Source of the DNA: a bacterium
GTDB taxonomy: Bacteria > Patescibacteriota > Microgenomatia > UBA10105 > UBA927
Direction of reading: 5' to 3'
Assembly (NCBI GenBank): GCA_021817785.1
Contig: JAKAFY010000006.1
Span: 2,067-66,066 of the forward strand
DNA: 64,000 nt
Shown here one piece after another: positions 49,515 to 59,692 of the stretch; the first letter of the stretch is position 1; every line of letters begins with the position of its first letter. A model generated the notes under the pieces. That model saw only the letters and a program-made list of their open reading frames with translations, was not told the origin of the DNA and did not search any database. Both the position numbers and the translations under genes were made by a program.

Positions 49515-50614
49515 AGACAAGACTCCCATCTGTTACGACCGTCATGGTGATTTTTTGGAATCTTGGCATGGGAGGCGTCCAGCAGAAAATGATGGATTTC
49601 TCATGGGTTGCGGCACAGGAACCGTCACCGGAAATATGGTTTCATTATGTTCTGCGTGACCGGCCAAAATTCCGTCTCGATCGTGAAATCAATCTAAAAC
49701 AAACCGTTCTTCATTATCGTCCGGGCATACAAAATGGGATATTCCACATGCCGTTTTCTCTTTTCGTTCTTTGGCAGGCGTATATACTGCGCCCCGCCGT
49801 ACTCCTTGCATTTTTAGATCACGCTTCGTTTCTTGCCATCCTCTCTGCCAAAATATTGTTTTGGCGGCGTATACGGGTCGTATTAAACGAGGACACGTTT
49901 ACGTCTCAATTCACGACATCATGGCTGAAACGAAAGTTCATTTCCGCATTGTACCCTTGCGCAGACATAATCATGTCACCGACCAACGCTTCAAAAAAGG
50001 ATCTTGTGCGCATCTTTCGTATTCCTTCTGAGAAGATAACCATCATGCCGAACTGGACTCTTCAAAAAGAGCAAAAACCGATGGTACGGAAATATGATTT
50101 CCTCTATATCGGACGGTTTGCCAAACAAAAAAATTTATTCTTCCTGCTGGACGTACTAAGCGATCTTATAAAATATGACGCGAGTATATCCCTCTGTCTT
50201 GTGGGGGATGGGCCGGAAAAAAATGTATTAATAAATGAAGTGCGCGCACGACATCTGTCCCGAAACGTTACTATTCGCCCTCCAAGCAACCAAATTTCAT
50301 CATATATGAGACAATCGAGGATTTTTGTCCTTTCGTCGCATTATGAGGGCATGCCCGTAGCTCTTCTGGAGGCGATGGCTATGGGGCTTCCTGTCATCAG
50401 TCGTTCGTATCCCGGCATATCCGAATACCTGACACACGGAAAAACAGGGCTCATCGCACGAACTAAACGGGAATTTGTACACCATGCGCGATATTTGCTT
50501 GATCACCCCAGGACACGCGCGGCATTTCAAAAACGCGGCATTCGGGATATCCGTAACCGATTTTCATACAACACGCTGCAAAAATATATAGAGACGATGC
50601 TACAAAACTCCTGA
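49511..50614 (+). CDS. Glycosyltransferase family 4, a tandem paralog.
   Basis: GMGGVQQKMMD and EGMPVALLEAMAMGLPVIS. Confidence 0.8.
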   Translation: MKTRLPSVTTVMVIFWNLGMGGVQQKMMDFSWVAAQEPSPEIWFHYVLRDRPKFRLDREINLKQTVLHYRPGIQNGIFHMPFSLFVLWQAYILRPAVLLAFLDHASFLAILSAKILFWRRIRVVLNEDTFTSQFTTSWLKRKFISALYPCADIIMSPTNASKKDLVRIFRIPSEKITIMPNWTLQKEQKPMVRKYDFLYIGRFAKQKNLFFLLDVLSDLIKYDASISLCLVGDGPEKNVLINEVRARHLSRNVTIRPPSNQISSYMRQSRIFVLSSHYEGMPVALLEAMAMGLPVISRSYPGISEYLTHGKTGLIARTKREFVHHARYLLDHPRTRAAFQKRGIRDIRNRFSYNTLQKYIETMLQNS

Positions 50615-51364
50615 AAACATATCGTGCACAAATTGTTTGGCTATACGCCAGACAAACTGTGCGTTCATTACCGTATACCGGTACCACAATCGCCTCGGCT
50701 CCTGAATAAACCGGTAGATCCATTCTGTTCCGCTCATTTGCATCCACAATGGGGCTTCTTTTTTCCAACCGCTTATAAAATCAAACGTCGACCCGACCCC
50801 CATACAGACTGCCGGAGGCAGCCGGTGACGGTTTGCGAGTATCCATCGTTCCTGATGCGGACACCCGAGCCCTATAAGGATAATATCCGGCCTTGTCAGC
50901 CATATGTCACGGATAATGCGGCGGTTGTCCGATATGGATATCGGCCTATCGGGAGTCTCCCAAACACCCACAATCGCTATCCCAGGGTATAACCGCATCA
51001 ATGCGGAAAGAATATCCTTGGACTGCCCCTGCTGTCCACCGAGAAGAAAGATAGTGAGATGACGTGCGACTGCGCGTTCGCATAATTTCCGTACTAACGT
51101 AGTACCATACACCCGGGTTGTCATTTTGCCATACAGCCGTCCAAGCCACACAAGCGGCATCCCGTCACACACAATGAGACCGGCGGTATTGACCCCTTTA
51201 AGAAGCCTCATATCACGCTGATAGGACATTAACGCGTATGCATTCACAAAACAGACAAAGGTGCTCTCTTTTCTTTTAATCCACCGCAAAATCGTTTGGA
51301 TCGCACCATCGTAATCCGTAACGTGAATGTTGGTCCCTAAAACGAGTAGTCGTTCATTTTCCAT
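50600..51364 (-). CDS. WecB/TagA/CpsF family glycosyltransferase (GT26).
   Basis: The pattern VNAYALM..., DGMPLVW, IFLLGG and GVGSTFDFISG. Confidence 0.8.
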   Translation of the reverse strand: MENERLLVLGTNIHVTDYDGAIQTILRWIKRKESTFVCFVNAYALMSYQRDMRLLKGVNTAGLIVCDGMPLVWLGRLYGKMTTRVYGTTLVRKLCERAVARHLTIFLLGGQQGQSKDILSALMRLYPGIAIVGVWETPDRPISISDNRRIIRDIWLTRPDIILIGLGCPHQERWILANRHRLPPAVCMGVGSTFDFISGWKKEAPLWMQMSGTEWIYRFIQEPRRLWYRYTVMNAQFVWRIAKQFVHDMFSGVL

Positions 51365-51378
51365 AGTCAGGCTGTTCC

Positions 51379-52491
51379 CTAATGATGCACTCTGGGGGTG
51401 CGCTCAACATACACATTTTTGTATTGCCGAAACATGCGCTCTCTTGTATAACGCAAGCGCGCAGTACGAATCGCTCTCTGCCCCATGCGACAGCGTAGTG
51501 ACTTAGACACCAAGAGTCGTCTGATCGCGTTCGTAAGCAATATGGGACGCTTCAACGGGACCACTATTCCTTCAGCGCCGTTTCGGACAACCTCCGTGTT
51601 CGCTTCTATGTTGCTGACAATGCAGGGTAATCCTGCCCGCATGGCCTCCAGAAGCGCAAGAGACATGCCCTCGTCCAAAGACGGAAGCACAAACATATCT
51701 GCCAATCCGAAATATCCACCGGTGGGTTGATGCTCCTGAATCATCACCCGATGATCTAATCCTAACATGCAAATAGTGCGCTGAACCTCATTCTTTTGCG
51801 GCCCATCGCCCACCAGGATGCAATAATACGATTCATGTATGTCTGCAAGCGCTGAAAGTAAATATGGGATATTTTTCCGGGGGATAAATTTCCCAACGTA
51901 CAATACGATGGGGATATGCGGCGACAATCCGAGTGCTGTTCGTAGTTGCTTGGTTTCATTGGCATTCTTCTGTTGGGTGACTCCGTTTGCGATACACGCA
52001 ATTTTATACTGAGGCACGCCAAGACGTGTTGCCAACTTCACCTGAATATGTCGGGCCACACAGATATTTATGTCTACCATATGACAGGATAGTACGTACA
52101 CAATGTTTTTCAGGAATGAATAAGGCTGTTTTTCCCCGAACAAATAATTATGCCGGACGGCAATATGTATTGGTCGGCAAAAAGGGCGGATTAGGAGCCT
52201 GCTTAGAAAAGCGGCGGCATCGCTTTTCAGTGCAGGAGTCTGGATGATATTAATGCGCTCCCGCACAAGCAATCCGGCAATACGGAATATGTCCAGCACC
52301 ATGATTCCGCTTGAGGCATAAAATCGATTGCCAAAACTACGACGGAAGTGTGCCGTCTGAGTTCCGGTGACTTTCAAGCTGTATCCATATACCCGGAATT
52401 CCGATCGGGAAAGTGACGCCGCAAGCTGAACGGCGAGCATATCGAAAGAGACGTCATCATGCTCATTTACGATGAAGAGTATCGATTTCAT
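51379..52491 (-). CDS. Glycosyltransferase family 4.
   Basis: EGMSLALLEAMRAGLPCIVS. Confidence 0.8.
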   Translation of the reverse strand: MKSILFIVNEHDDVSFDMLAVQLAASLSRSEFRVYGYSLKVTGTQTAHFRRSFGNRFYASSGIMVLDIFRIAGLLVRERINIIQTPALKSDAAAFLSRLLIRPFCRPIHIAVRHNYLFGEKQPYSFLKNIVYVLSCHMVDINICVARHIQVKLATRLGVPQYKIACIANGVTQQKNANETKQLRTALGLSPHIPIVLYVGKFIPRKNIPYLLSALADIHESYYCILVGDGPQKNEVQRTICMLGLDHRVMIQEHQPTGGYFGLADMFVLPSLDEGMSLALLEAMRAGLPCIVSNIEANTEVVRNGAEGIVVPLKRPILLTNAIRRLLVSKSLRCRMGQRAIRTARLRYTRERMFRQYKNVYVERTPRVHH

Positions 52492-52502
52492 ACAAATACT
52501 AT

Positions 52503-53492
52503 TTATCGAGATGGAACAAAATTCCAGCGGCGGTTTGTCGTTATTTCATGAAAAAGAACATCCGCGTACATACGGTGGGCGAGCGCGGACGGATGTTCTT
52601 CGAGGGAAGATACGTGGAAATATCTATCGGTATCCGAAAAATACTTTCCATACACCGGAGAATTTCTCGCGAGAGATGAAGAAAGTATATACAATCCGTC
52701 CCGCGCCAATGCCGTTTCATATATATGCGTGGTTGTATCTATATTGAAATAATCATCTGGGATAAAATATATCGCACGATCCTTTGGATAGGCGGCCGCG
52801 ACAATATTCAAAACACATATATTTGACGGGTTTGCATATGCTTCACGTATTTTTCGATTGTAATACTTCATTCCTTTATTCCAGTCGGCCGGACCAACAC
52901 CAGATACGGCATGACCCGTGGTTTGTTCGCAGGGTGTGATAAGCATGTCATATATCTTTTGATCATAATCGCGCCGCAAATTCAGCATAACGTCGTTGTT
53001 TACCGGTACAAAAATATATAAATCTATATGTTTATCACGTAAATATAGATATTTTGAATAATTTTCCACCATATCATCACCGGGTGAGGCGAGAGAAAGC
53101 ACTCGCGTTTTCCTCACTGCATTCAGCTTCCTCTCAAGCACCTGAGACACGGAATTTGAAAATAACACACCCTGACCCCACACATAGGAATCACCAATCA
53201 TGGCAATCGTAAACGTATGCGGGCGTGTATCGTTTTGAAGAGCTCTATACTCGGATGGGATACCGGACAGAAGTGATCGGTCGAATAATGGAATTACGTC
53301 CCAAGCCCTTCTCCCAAAATCAGTAAGCTCGGTATGTCCTCCGGGTATCCAATACCCGTATTCCGTACTTTTATAGTAAATCACTGTATCAAAAAAATAT
53401 GTTACACATACATAATATGCGAGTCGGCAGGCAATAATACTGGATACCAATATCAGTACCGTGCGCGTTACGCATTTCAGATATGTATTCAT
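52503..53492 (-). CDS. SGNH/GDSL hydrolase family protein, membrane-anchored.
   Basis: IAMIGDSYVWGQG (GDS block I) and an N-terminal TM segment. Confidence 0.6.
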   Translation of the reverse strand: MNTYLKCVTRTVLILVSSIIACRLAYYVCVTYFFDTVIYYKSTEYGYWIPGGHTELTDFGRRAWDVIPLFDRSLLSGIPSEYRALQNDTRPHTFTIAMIGDSYVWGQGVLFSNSVSQVLERKLNAVRKTRVLSLASPGDDMVENYSKYLYLRDKHIDLYIFVPVNNDVMLNLRRDYDQKIYDMLITPCEQTTGHAVSGVGPADWNKGMKYYNRKIREAYANPSNICVLNIVAAAYPKDRAIYFIPDDYFNIDTTTHIYETALARDGLYILSSSLARNSPVYGKYFSDTDRYFHVSSLEEHPSALAHRMYADVLFHEITTNRRWNFVPSR

Positions 53493-53522
53493 ATAAACTT
53501 GTATAAATAGCTATAGACACGT

Positions 53523-54542
53523 TCAAAGGGAGCGGATATATCGCATCAGCAACCGCGCCCTGTCATCAATAGACGCATATTTGCGCGCGTACCGTAGTCC
53601 GCGTTCGGCAATTTGTCTTCTTTCCTCCGGGTGTGCCAAATAATAGTCTATCTGCCGAATCATGTTACTACCGCCCCGAGTCACAACGACGCATTTCTTA
53701 AGTTCCGTGTCTTCTGACGGAATGTGATCGGTCATAAGAAACCCCCCGCATGCAAGCACCTCAAGAGTACGCAGGGTAATAACATCCCAATCGACAGTAT
53801 CTTTTGTCGCATAATTTATGTTAATTTTTGCAGAACTATAAAGAGGCGGGAGTTCGCGTTGAGGTATCTTGCCCCTGCATATAAAATATAAATCCATAAC
53901 CGACCTGCGGGCCTTATGACGCACTTTCCAATTCCTGAACGAATACCTCCAGTTATGCAGAAAAGGGGCTATTTCCTGTATATAATCAGGATGAGGCGCG
54001 TCGCTCCATTTCCCGAATAACCCGAAGTTATATCGCATAAGGGGCAGTAAATATGTAATTGTCCTCGCGGCTTCTTTAAAATCATTCCCTACAAATGTAA
54101 CATCAAACATATATTTCTTTTGTGGCTTTTGGGGTGAATATTGAAGAGTGTCTACCCCAAACGGTAAAAATGCCCCTCCATATCCATCTGACATCTGACG
54201 CTTTTGTAGCTTTTTTGATATAAATATATATCCGTCATACCGGTATTTACGCAGGTATTTTAGTTTTTTATAAGATCCTTCAAAATATGGGTTTTGAAGA
54301 TATAGGACATGTTTCGCTGCCCATTGAGCAACAGGCCGTGAATCGTTTACATAAATCATCACATCGACTGATTTTGTCGGTAAGTAATTCGGAGCGTATA
54401 ACGTGGCATCAACTCCGCATGTTTTTTTTAAGCTCGCGCAGAGGGATTCTATGTATATTTCATCACCTAATACGATAGCGTTTGCGTTCTGCAATGAATA
54501 TTTGGGCCATTTCATATAGAATCCGATCCGGAGTGTAGACAT
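53523..54542 (-). CDS. CgeB-like glycosyltransferase (Glyco_trans_1_2-type C-terminal domain).
   Basis: LRTLEVLACGGFLMTD and the surrounding pattern. Confidence 0.6.
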   Translation of the reverse strand: MSTLRIGFYMKWPKYSLQNANAIVLGDEIYIESLCASLKKTCGVDATLYAPNYLPTKSVDVMIYVNDSRPVAQWAAKHVLYLQNPYFEGSYKKLKYLRKYRYDGYIFISKKLQKRQMSDGYGGAFLPFGVDTLQYSPQKPQKKYMFDVTFVGNDFKEAARTITYLLPLMRYNFGLFGKWSDAPHPDYIQEIAPFLHNWRYSFRNWKVRHKARRSVMDLYFICRGKIPQRELPPLYSSAKININYATKDTVDWDVITLRTLEVLACGGFLMTDHIPSEDTELKKCVVVTRGGSNMIRQIDYYLAHPEERRQIAERGLRYARKYASIDDRARLLMRYIRSL

Positions 54543-54702
54543 GATAGTCTGATGAGGTTCTTAATACGTCATCATTTAGCGCAAGATACGAAATATATTG
54601 TTTGTATTTCTATATATCAACTCACCCGGAATATGGTGTGTCACATGTGCCGTGTAAGCGGATCTTTATGTGATGTATTATATTTTTTATCATAATGAAT
54701 AG

Positions 54703-55944
54703 CTAGACACGCATTATATTTTTCTCCATATATAAGCGGATTATTTTAACATGGTTTCTCCAGGAGTTCCGTTTCAAAAATGCCGTGGGGATTGGCGTTT
54801 GCCGTGTTCGCCGTTGCTTTAATGCGGCGCGCGCGCAACGCAAGTATTCATGCGTCGTTTTACCAACCCAGACAAGGGGCTTCATGATGCGGATCATTTC
54901 GATATCCGTGCTCACGACGGGGATACCAGCAGCAATATACTCATACACCTTTATGGGATTCGATCCACACACAAACCTCTGTGATGGATCATACAATACT
55001 AAGCCTACATCCAGAGACCGAAGTAGCGAATATATACGCCCGTGAGAAACCTCCGGGACATAATAAACATTCGGTAATGCCAATATTCGAAATAGGTTCT
55101 CATAAAATGCGTACATAACCCCCTGACGAGGAGAAAACTCATGTATTCTTCCGACTAGAATTATGTTCCACCGGGGACATTGCCTGGCCATCTTGTAGAT
55201 AAGCCGAAAATCTAATCTATGGTCTATGGAGCCCACAACACCAAAACGCGGGTGTGGACACGTCGCTTCCAGCATGTCTTCGTCTTGCGTTTTATAAATC
55301 GGTTCATGTTCATCTGCTCCCCAAGGGGCCAATAGGACGTTTTTTGAAAATCGGTGTACGTATCGGTAACTCAATCGGGAATTTACAACAACGAGGGATG
55401 AGACCCCAATCAATTGCCTGTCCGACTGTTGTATGCTAGCATTTTCCCTTCTGTCCGCAGACGCAACATGGTCAGGTCGATCATACACCCGCAGTCGTCC
55501 AAACTTCCTATACTCAGGGAATCGGATGGCATCATACGCAAAATACCAAACGATTGGGCGATGCAGACCAAACCGCAAGAAATATATTGTGCGAAATAAT
55601 ATGTACGTGACTTTCGTATTTAAATCCCGTATACATCCGAAGCGTTGAAGGGGTAATACAATCGTGGGGATATATACCACTGACCGGTCATAAAAGGGCC
55701 GCAGATACTCACGACGTGCATTACTATCGTGAATTAAAGTACGCCATGAATATGAAACAAACGGGTTATGGATAACTACCGTTGAATTGAGGGCTAATTC
55801 ATGACTTATCGCACGAACATACCCACAGGAATAATCCCATGAATCCTGAAATAATATGAGGACAATATCCTGCGTAAAGACCTCCGTAAAAACCCTATCG
55901 CCATCATGAGCATGCAGTATATCAAAACAGCTTGTACTGAACAA
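54703..55944 (-). CDS. GT1-fold glycosyltransferase, paralog B of the 44908 family.
   Basis: VVGSIDHRLDFRLI, IILVGR and IKVYEYIAAGIPVVSTDI. Confidence 0.6.
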   Translation of the reverse strand: MFSTSCFDILHAHDGDRVFTEVFTQDIVLILFQDSWDYSCGYVRAISHELALNSTVVIHNPFVSYSWRTLIHDSNARREYLRPFYDRSVVYIPTIVLPLQRFGCIRDLNTKVTYILFRTIYFLRFGLHRPIVWYFAYDAIRFPEYRKFGRLRVYDRPDHVASADRRENASIQQSDRQLIGVSSLVVVNSRLSYRYVHRFSKNVLLAPWGADEHEPIYKTQDEDMLEATCPHPRFGVVGSIDHRLDFRLIYKMARQCPRWNIILVGRIHEFSPRQGVMYAFYENLFRILALPNVYYVPEVSHGRIYSLLRSLDVGLVLYDPSQRFVCGSNPIKVYEYIAAGIPVVSTDIEMIRIMKPLVWVGKTTHEYLRCARAALKQRRTRQTPIPTAFLKRNSWRNHVKIIRLYMEKNIMRV

Positions 55945-56007
55945 TTTCTGTTCAGAGACATCGAGATGGTGCCAATCGGATATGTAGGCGCGATGTTCTC
56001 AGGTCGT

Positions 56008-57195
56008 TTATCTTCGTTTTTTGATGTGCGTCAGCCGCATAATACGGGAAACCTTTCTTCTCCAACTATTCTCTGAAGCTATGCGCCGCTGTTGTTTTAT
56101 ATATGTTATTGGCCACTGCACCAGGGAATAACGGGAGAGAATCTCCCTCCATCCGCGCACGGAATTGCTGCATTGTACGAACGGAGAGTACTTTTTTAGT
56201 GAAGGTATATCAGTGGACACAACCGGTTTGCCCGAGTAAAAATACTCAAATATTTTCATTGGATAACAGAATTGATTAAATTCCTGACGTGTATCGTACG
56301 GAACCATGCAGATAGCAAACAGGTTAAGAATAGCGGGGATATATTTCTGCTGAACACTCATTTGTAAAAAAAATACGTTTGGTAAGCGTGATAAATCTTC
56401 TACCAGTTTTGCCGTCGTACCCACTTTCAGGCCTACATGTTTATCCTGATCTGTTTGATCCGGTCCGACAAATACAAAATTATGATGTAAACATTTTTGA
56501 GCAACCCCCTTCACTAAGGCAAAATCGATTCTATGGTTGATGCCACCCACAAATCCGATTATGGGTTTCTGACTCAGCTCTTTAAATTGCTTCTGTAATG
56601 AATAGGGAAGTGGTAACGGGTGAATAAATTCATCGCGCCGAAACCCCTGAGGAACCAACGTTACATTTGGCGCGATGCTCGATACGTGATCTACGACTTT
56701 GGGTGAAATCGCCACCACCAAATCGCATGATCGAACGAGTAATTGTTCTCGGGAACGCATTTCCGCAGAAAGGATAAATTCCGACGCTGGAAAATAGTCT
56801 ACGACGTCATAAATCGAAAAATAATGTATTTTGAGGAGCTTGAATATGTCAAAATCGTACGGGTGAAAAAGCCATAAATATCTTTTATGAATGCGACCGC
56901 ACCATTGCATTACGTAGCTGACCATCGTAATAACATAGATATTCAATATAATATTTGCGGCATGGAACTTGGGAAGCGTACCCAATTCAAAGAGACTTAC
57001 CGGCTTAATAAAATAAAATCCGTATGGAGATTTGGTAACTGGAGATACTCCGAATAATAAATCGCGCAGAGTGACAGTCTCATTGATCAGAAAACACACA
57101 ACGAAATTTGACTCAGCAAGAATACGACCGGTTTCTTCCACAAAATTACATATTTCATCGCGCTTATCTCTAAAAATTAACAGATAAAAATCCAT
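56008..57195 (-). CDS. GT1-fold glycosyltransferase, paralog C of the 44908 family.
   Basis: VGGINHRIDFALV, FVFVGP and MKIFEYFYSGKPVVSTDI. Confidence 0.6.
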   Translation of the reverse strand: MDFYLLIFRDKRDEICNFVEETGRILAESNFVVCFLINETVTLRDLLFGVSPVTKSPYGFYFIKPVSLFELGTLPKFHAANIILNIYVITMVSYVMQWCGRIHKRYLWLFHPYDFDIFKLLKIHYFSIYDVVDYFPASEFILSAEMRSREQLLVRSCDLVVAISPKVVDHVSSIAPNVTLVPQGFRRDEFIHPLPLPYSLQKQFKELSQKPIIGFVGGINHRIDFALVKGVAQKCLHHNFVFVGPDQTDQDKHVGLKVGTTAKLVEDLSRLPNVFFLQMSVQQKYIPAILNLFAICMVPYDTRQEFNQFCYPMKIFEYFYSGKPVVSTDIPSLKKYSPFVQCSNSVRGWREILSRYSLVQWPITYIKQQRRIASENSWRRKVSRIMRLTHIKKRR

Positions 57196-57371
57196 AACCT
57201 ATGTAATGTAGGAATATGCTACAAAATACATACGACCGCAATATGTCGGTATGTAGCTTTCTGCTCATCAGTCTTCCATACATTATATCGTCTTTCAGAA
57301 GGCGTGGCGCGGATACTTTATACATGGGAATGCGTACTAAAAACGGGGTGCAGTGAAGAAGCTATATACAA

Positions 57372-58082
57372 TTATGGTTCCAACACTATTTCTTTATAGT
57401 GCCTATTGTTAGGATATATGAACGGAATTTGTGTCGTGTAACAGGCTAATAATTCTTCCTTATTCTTTTGGAAGGGAATCACCGATCGCCGCAAAGACAA
57501 TAAAAGGATGATATTCCGCACCGTCCAGTTAAATAGGGATAATGCATAAGGATAGTCCGCATAATATCCGACTTTCTCTTTCGGAAACACGGCCTCCGCC
57601 GCCAGACGCACTAATACGTGGTCTATGTGTCCGCCTATGCCCAACGGAATCAGAATTCTGTCGCATCGAAGATACTGCGCAAGGCTGTTTTCTATTTTAC
57701 GTAATAGCGCCATATCAGAAGAAGAGATCTTTCCTGAAAATAGCTGTTTGAATTTTGGATAGATCAGCTTATTTTTATACGTTCTGAATCCGCCGTCTGT
57801 ATATGACAAATGCTGCCACTGTACACCAAGAAGTCGCATCGCAGCTTTGTCCTCATTCCTTCGCTTTGTTTCAAACTCCCGGGGTGAAGAAAAAGATATC
57901 CCGGTGTATCTTCGTACATCCCGTGAAAGTGTGCTGGTGCGGAACGTGGTAAATAGCGTTACTATTTTTATCGCATACCCCTGCGACTTCCACATCTGTA
58001 TATGATTTGCTACGTCTAATACAGCATCGTCAAGATGCGGAGATAATACGATTATATATGGCGTCGTATCAACAGTTTTCAT
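57372..58082 (-). CDS. PIG-L/LmbE family N-acetylglucosaminyl deacetylase.
   Basis: VLSPHLDDAVL and GIGGHIDH. The start was chosen at MKTVDT because the upstream 57 codons are Cys/Met-rich and look spurious. Confidence 0.7.
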   Translation of the reverse strand: MKTVDTTPYIIVLSPHLDDAVLDVANHIQMWKSQGYAIKIVTLFTTFRTSTLSRDVRRYTGISFSSPREFETKRRNEDKAAMRLLGVQWQHLSYTDGGFRTYKNKLIYPKFKQLFSGKISSSDMALLRKIENSLAQYLRCDRILIPLGIGGHIDHVLVRLAAEAVFPKEKVGYYADYPYALSLFNWTVRNIILLLSLRRSVIPFQKNKEELLACYTTQIPFIYPNNRHYKEIVLEP

Positions 58083-58202
58083 ACACATATATACGCACAT
58101 CCAGACGACGAAACATCGAACGCAATCCGCAGTGTACAATATGAACTTCGGTTCTCGATATACCAAGAGACTAATAAGGCTAGGTATACTATAATACCTT
58201 GC

Positions 58203-58970
58203 ATGCAACACGCATATTATCATTATTGGCAGCTGCTCGTTCGCATGGTCCATAAAGAACTGCAGGTGCGCTACAAGCGCACCATCTTTGGGTTTTTATG
58301 GATTATCATCAATCCACTCATTCAAATGGCAGTCATAGGTTTTATTTTCCCTTTTTTCGTAAAAGAACAACTTCCATACTATTTACTATATCTCTTCACG
58401 GGCTTACTCACATGGAATTTTTTTACCTTGTCGCTGGGCAAGGCGACTTCGTCAATTGTATTCGAGACAGCTCTCATCAAAAAGGCGAGGTTTCCCAGGT
58501 CAATTATTCCACTCTCCATTGTTATTTCCAACGTAGTAAATATGCTGATTTCGTTTTTATTACTACTTATTCCAACAGTATATCTTCGTCTGTTTGCCAT
58601 TGTAAGCATCGGATATTTTTTTGTCGGACTCGTGTTATTGATAACATTTACGATAGGACTAAGCCTGTTTAGCTCCGCGCTCAATGTTCGATATAGGGAT
58701 ATCAATTTTTTTGTGCAAGCGCTTCTAATTGTTTGGTTCTATGCAACGCCGATCATGTACCCTATGCGCTTTATTCCTCATGCGTATGCCCCATTATGGT
58801 TTCTTAACCCTATGACGTCTGTCGTACAGCTGTTCCAACACGTATTTGCTTCGTATCCGCTACCGTCACTTCCGCTATTTGTCGTAAATACCATCACTGT
58901 GTTTATTGTCTTGGGTTTCGGCATTTTGACCTTTCGCAGAGAAAGTCAGAATTTTGATGATTGGTTATGA
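58203..58970 (+). CDS. ABC-2 type export permease (Wzm-like), a paralog of 36127.
   Basis: RYKRTIFGFLWIIINPLIQM and the 6-TM pattern. Confidence 0.8.
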   Translation: MQHAYYHYWQLLVRMVHKELQVRYKRTIFGFLWIIINPLIQMAVIGFIFPFFVKEQLPYYLLYLFTGLLTWNFFTLSLGKATSSIVFETALIKKARFPRSIIPLSIVISNVVNMLISFLLLLIPTVYLRLFAIVSIGYFFVGLVLLITFTIGLSLFSSALNVRYRDINFFVQALLIVWFYATPIMYPMRFIPHAYAPLWFLNPMTSVVQLFQHVFASYPLPSLPLFVVNTITVFIVLGFGILTFRRESQNFDDWL

Positions 58971-59686
58971 AAAAAATACTACAACCCGCCATATTGTTAA
59001 CGGATATATCAAAAAAATACGAAATTCATCACGAAAAACCCACATTGGTGGAAAAATTTATCCATGGGCGAAATGAGACATTTTGGGCACTCCAGAGGAT
59101 CAATATGCGGGTGTACCCGAATGAACGGGTGGCGATAATCGGCGCCAACGGATCAGGAAAAACTACATTATTAAAAATAATCTGCGGCATTGCCACCCCA
59201 ACCACAGGAGCGATTCAAATCTCAGGCAAAATCGTTTCGCTCATAGACATTGTTGCTGGTTTTCAATCTGATCTGACCGGATATCAAAATATATTTATAA
59301 ACGGTTTGCTTATAGGAATGACGGAGCAAGAAATAATGCACAACATAGACTCCATTATATCGTTTGCCGACATAAAACAATTTATAGACGTTCCATTTTA
59401 TACGTACTCAAGCGGCATGGCGCTACGATTGGGCTTTGCTATTGCTATTCATGCAAAGCCGGATATTTTATTAATTGACGAGGGGTTGGGGGTAGGGGAC
59501 AAGAATTTTCAAAAAAAATCGGAACGGGCAATCCGGACATTACTAAAAAAGCGCATTACAGTCATCATGGTATCCCATCAGCTAAATCTCATTAAGCACA
59601 TTTGCAATAGGGTTATCATTCTCAACAAGGGGACAATTACAGCAGACGGGCCAATCGATATTCTCAAACAGCACGGATACGAATAA
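58961..59686 (+). CDS. ABC transporter ATP-binding protein (Wzt-like), a paralog of 36918.
   Basis: GANGSGKTT, SSGMALRLGFA and LLIDE. SKKYEIHHEKPTLVEKF is identical to 36918. Confidence 0.85.
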   Translation: MVMKKILQPAILLTDISKKYEIHHEKPTLVEKFIHGRNETFWALQRINMRVYPNERVAIIGANGSGKTTLLKIICGIATPTTGAIQISGKIVSLIDIVAGFQSDLTGYQNIFINGLLIGMTEQEIMHNIDSIISFADIKQFIDVPFYTYSSGMALRLGFAIAIHAKPDILLIDEGLGVGDKNFQKKSERAIRTLLKKRITVIMVSHQLNLIKHICNRVIILNKGTITADGPIDILKQHGYE

Positions 59687-59692
59687 CAAACC

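Noticed and set aside
57372-58253. The long form of the first LmbE deacetylase (293 aa).
   Set aside because: The first ~57 codons are Cys/Met/Val-rich (MCVYMCM..) and overlap the divergent wzm2 start region. The start was placed at MKTVDT, immediately before the conserved PHLDD block.
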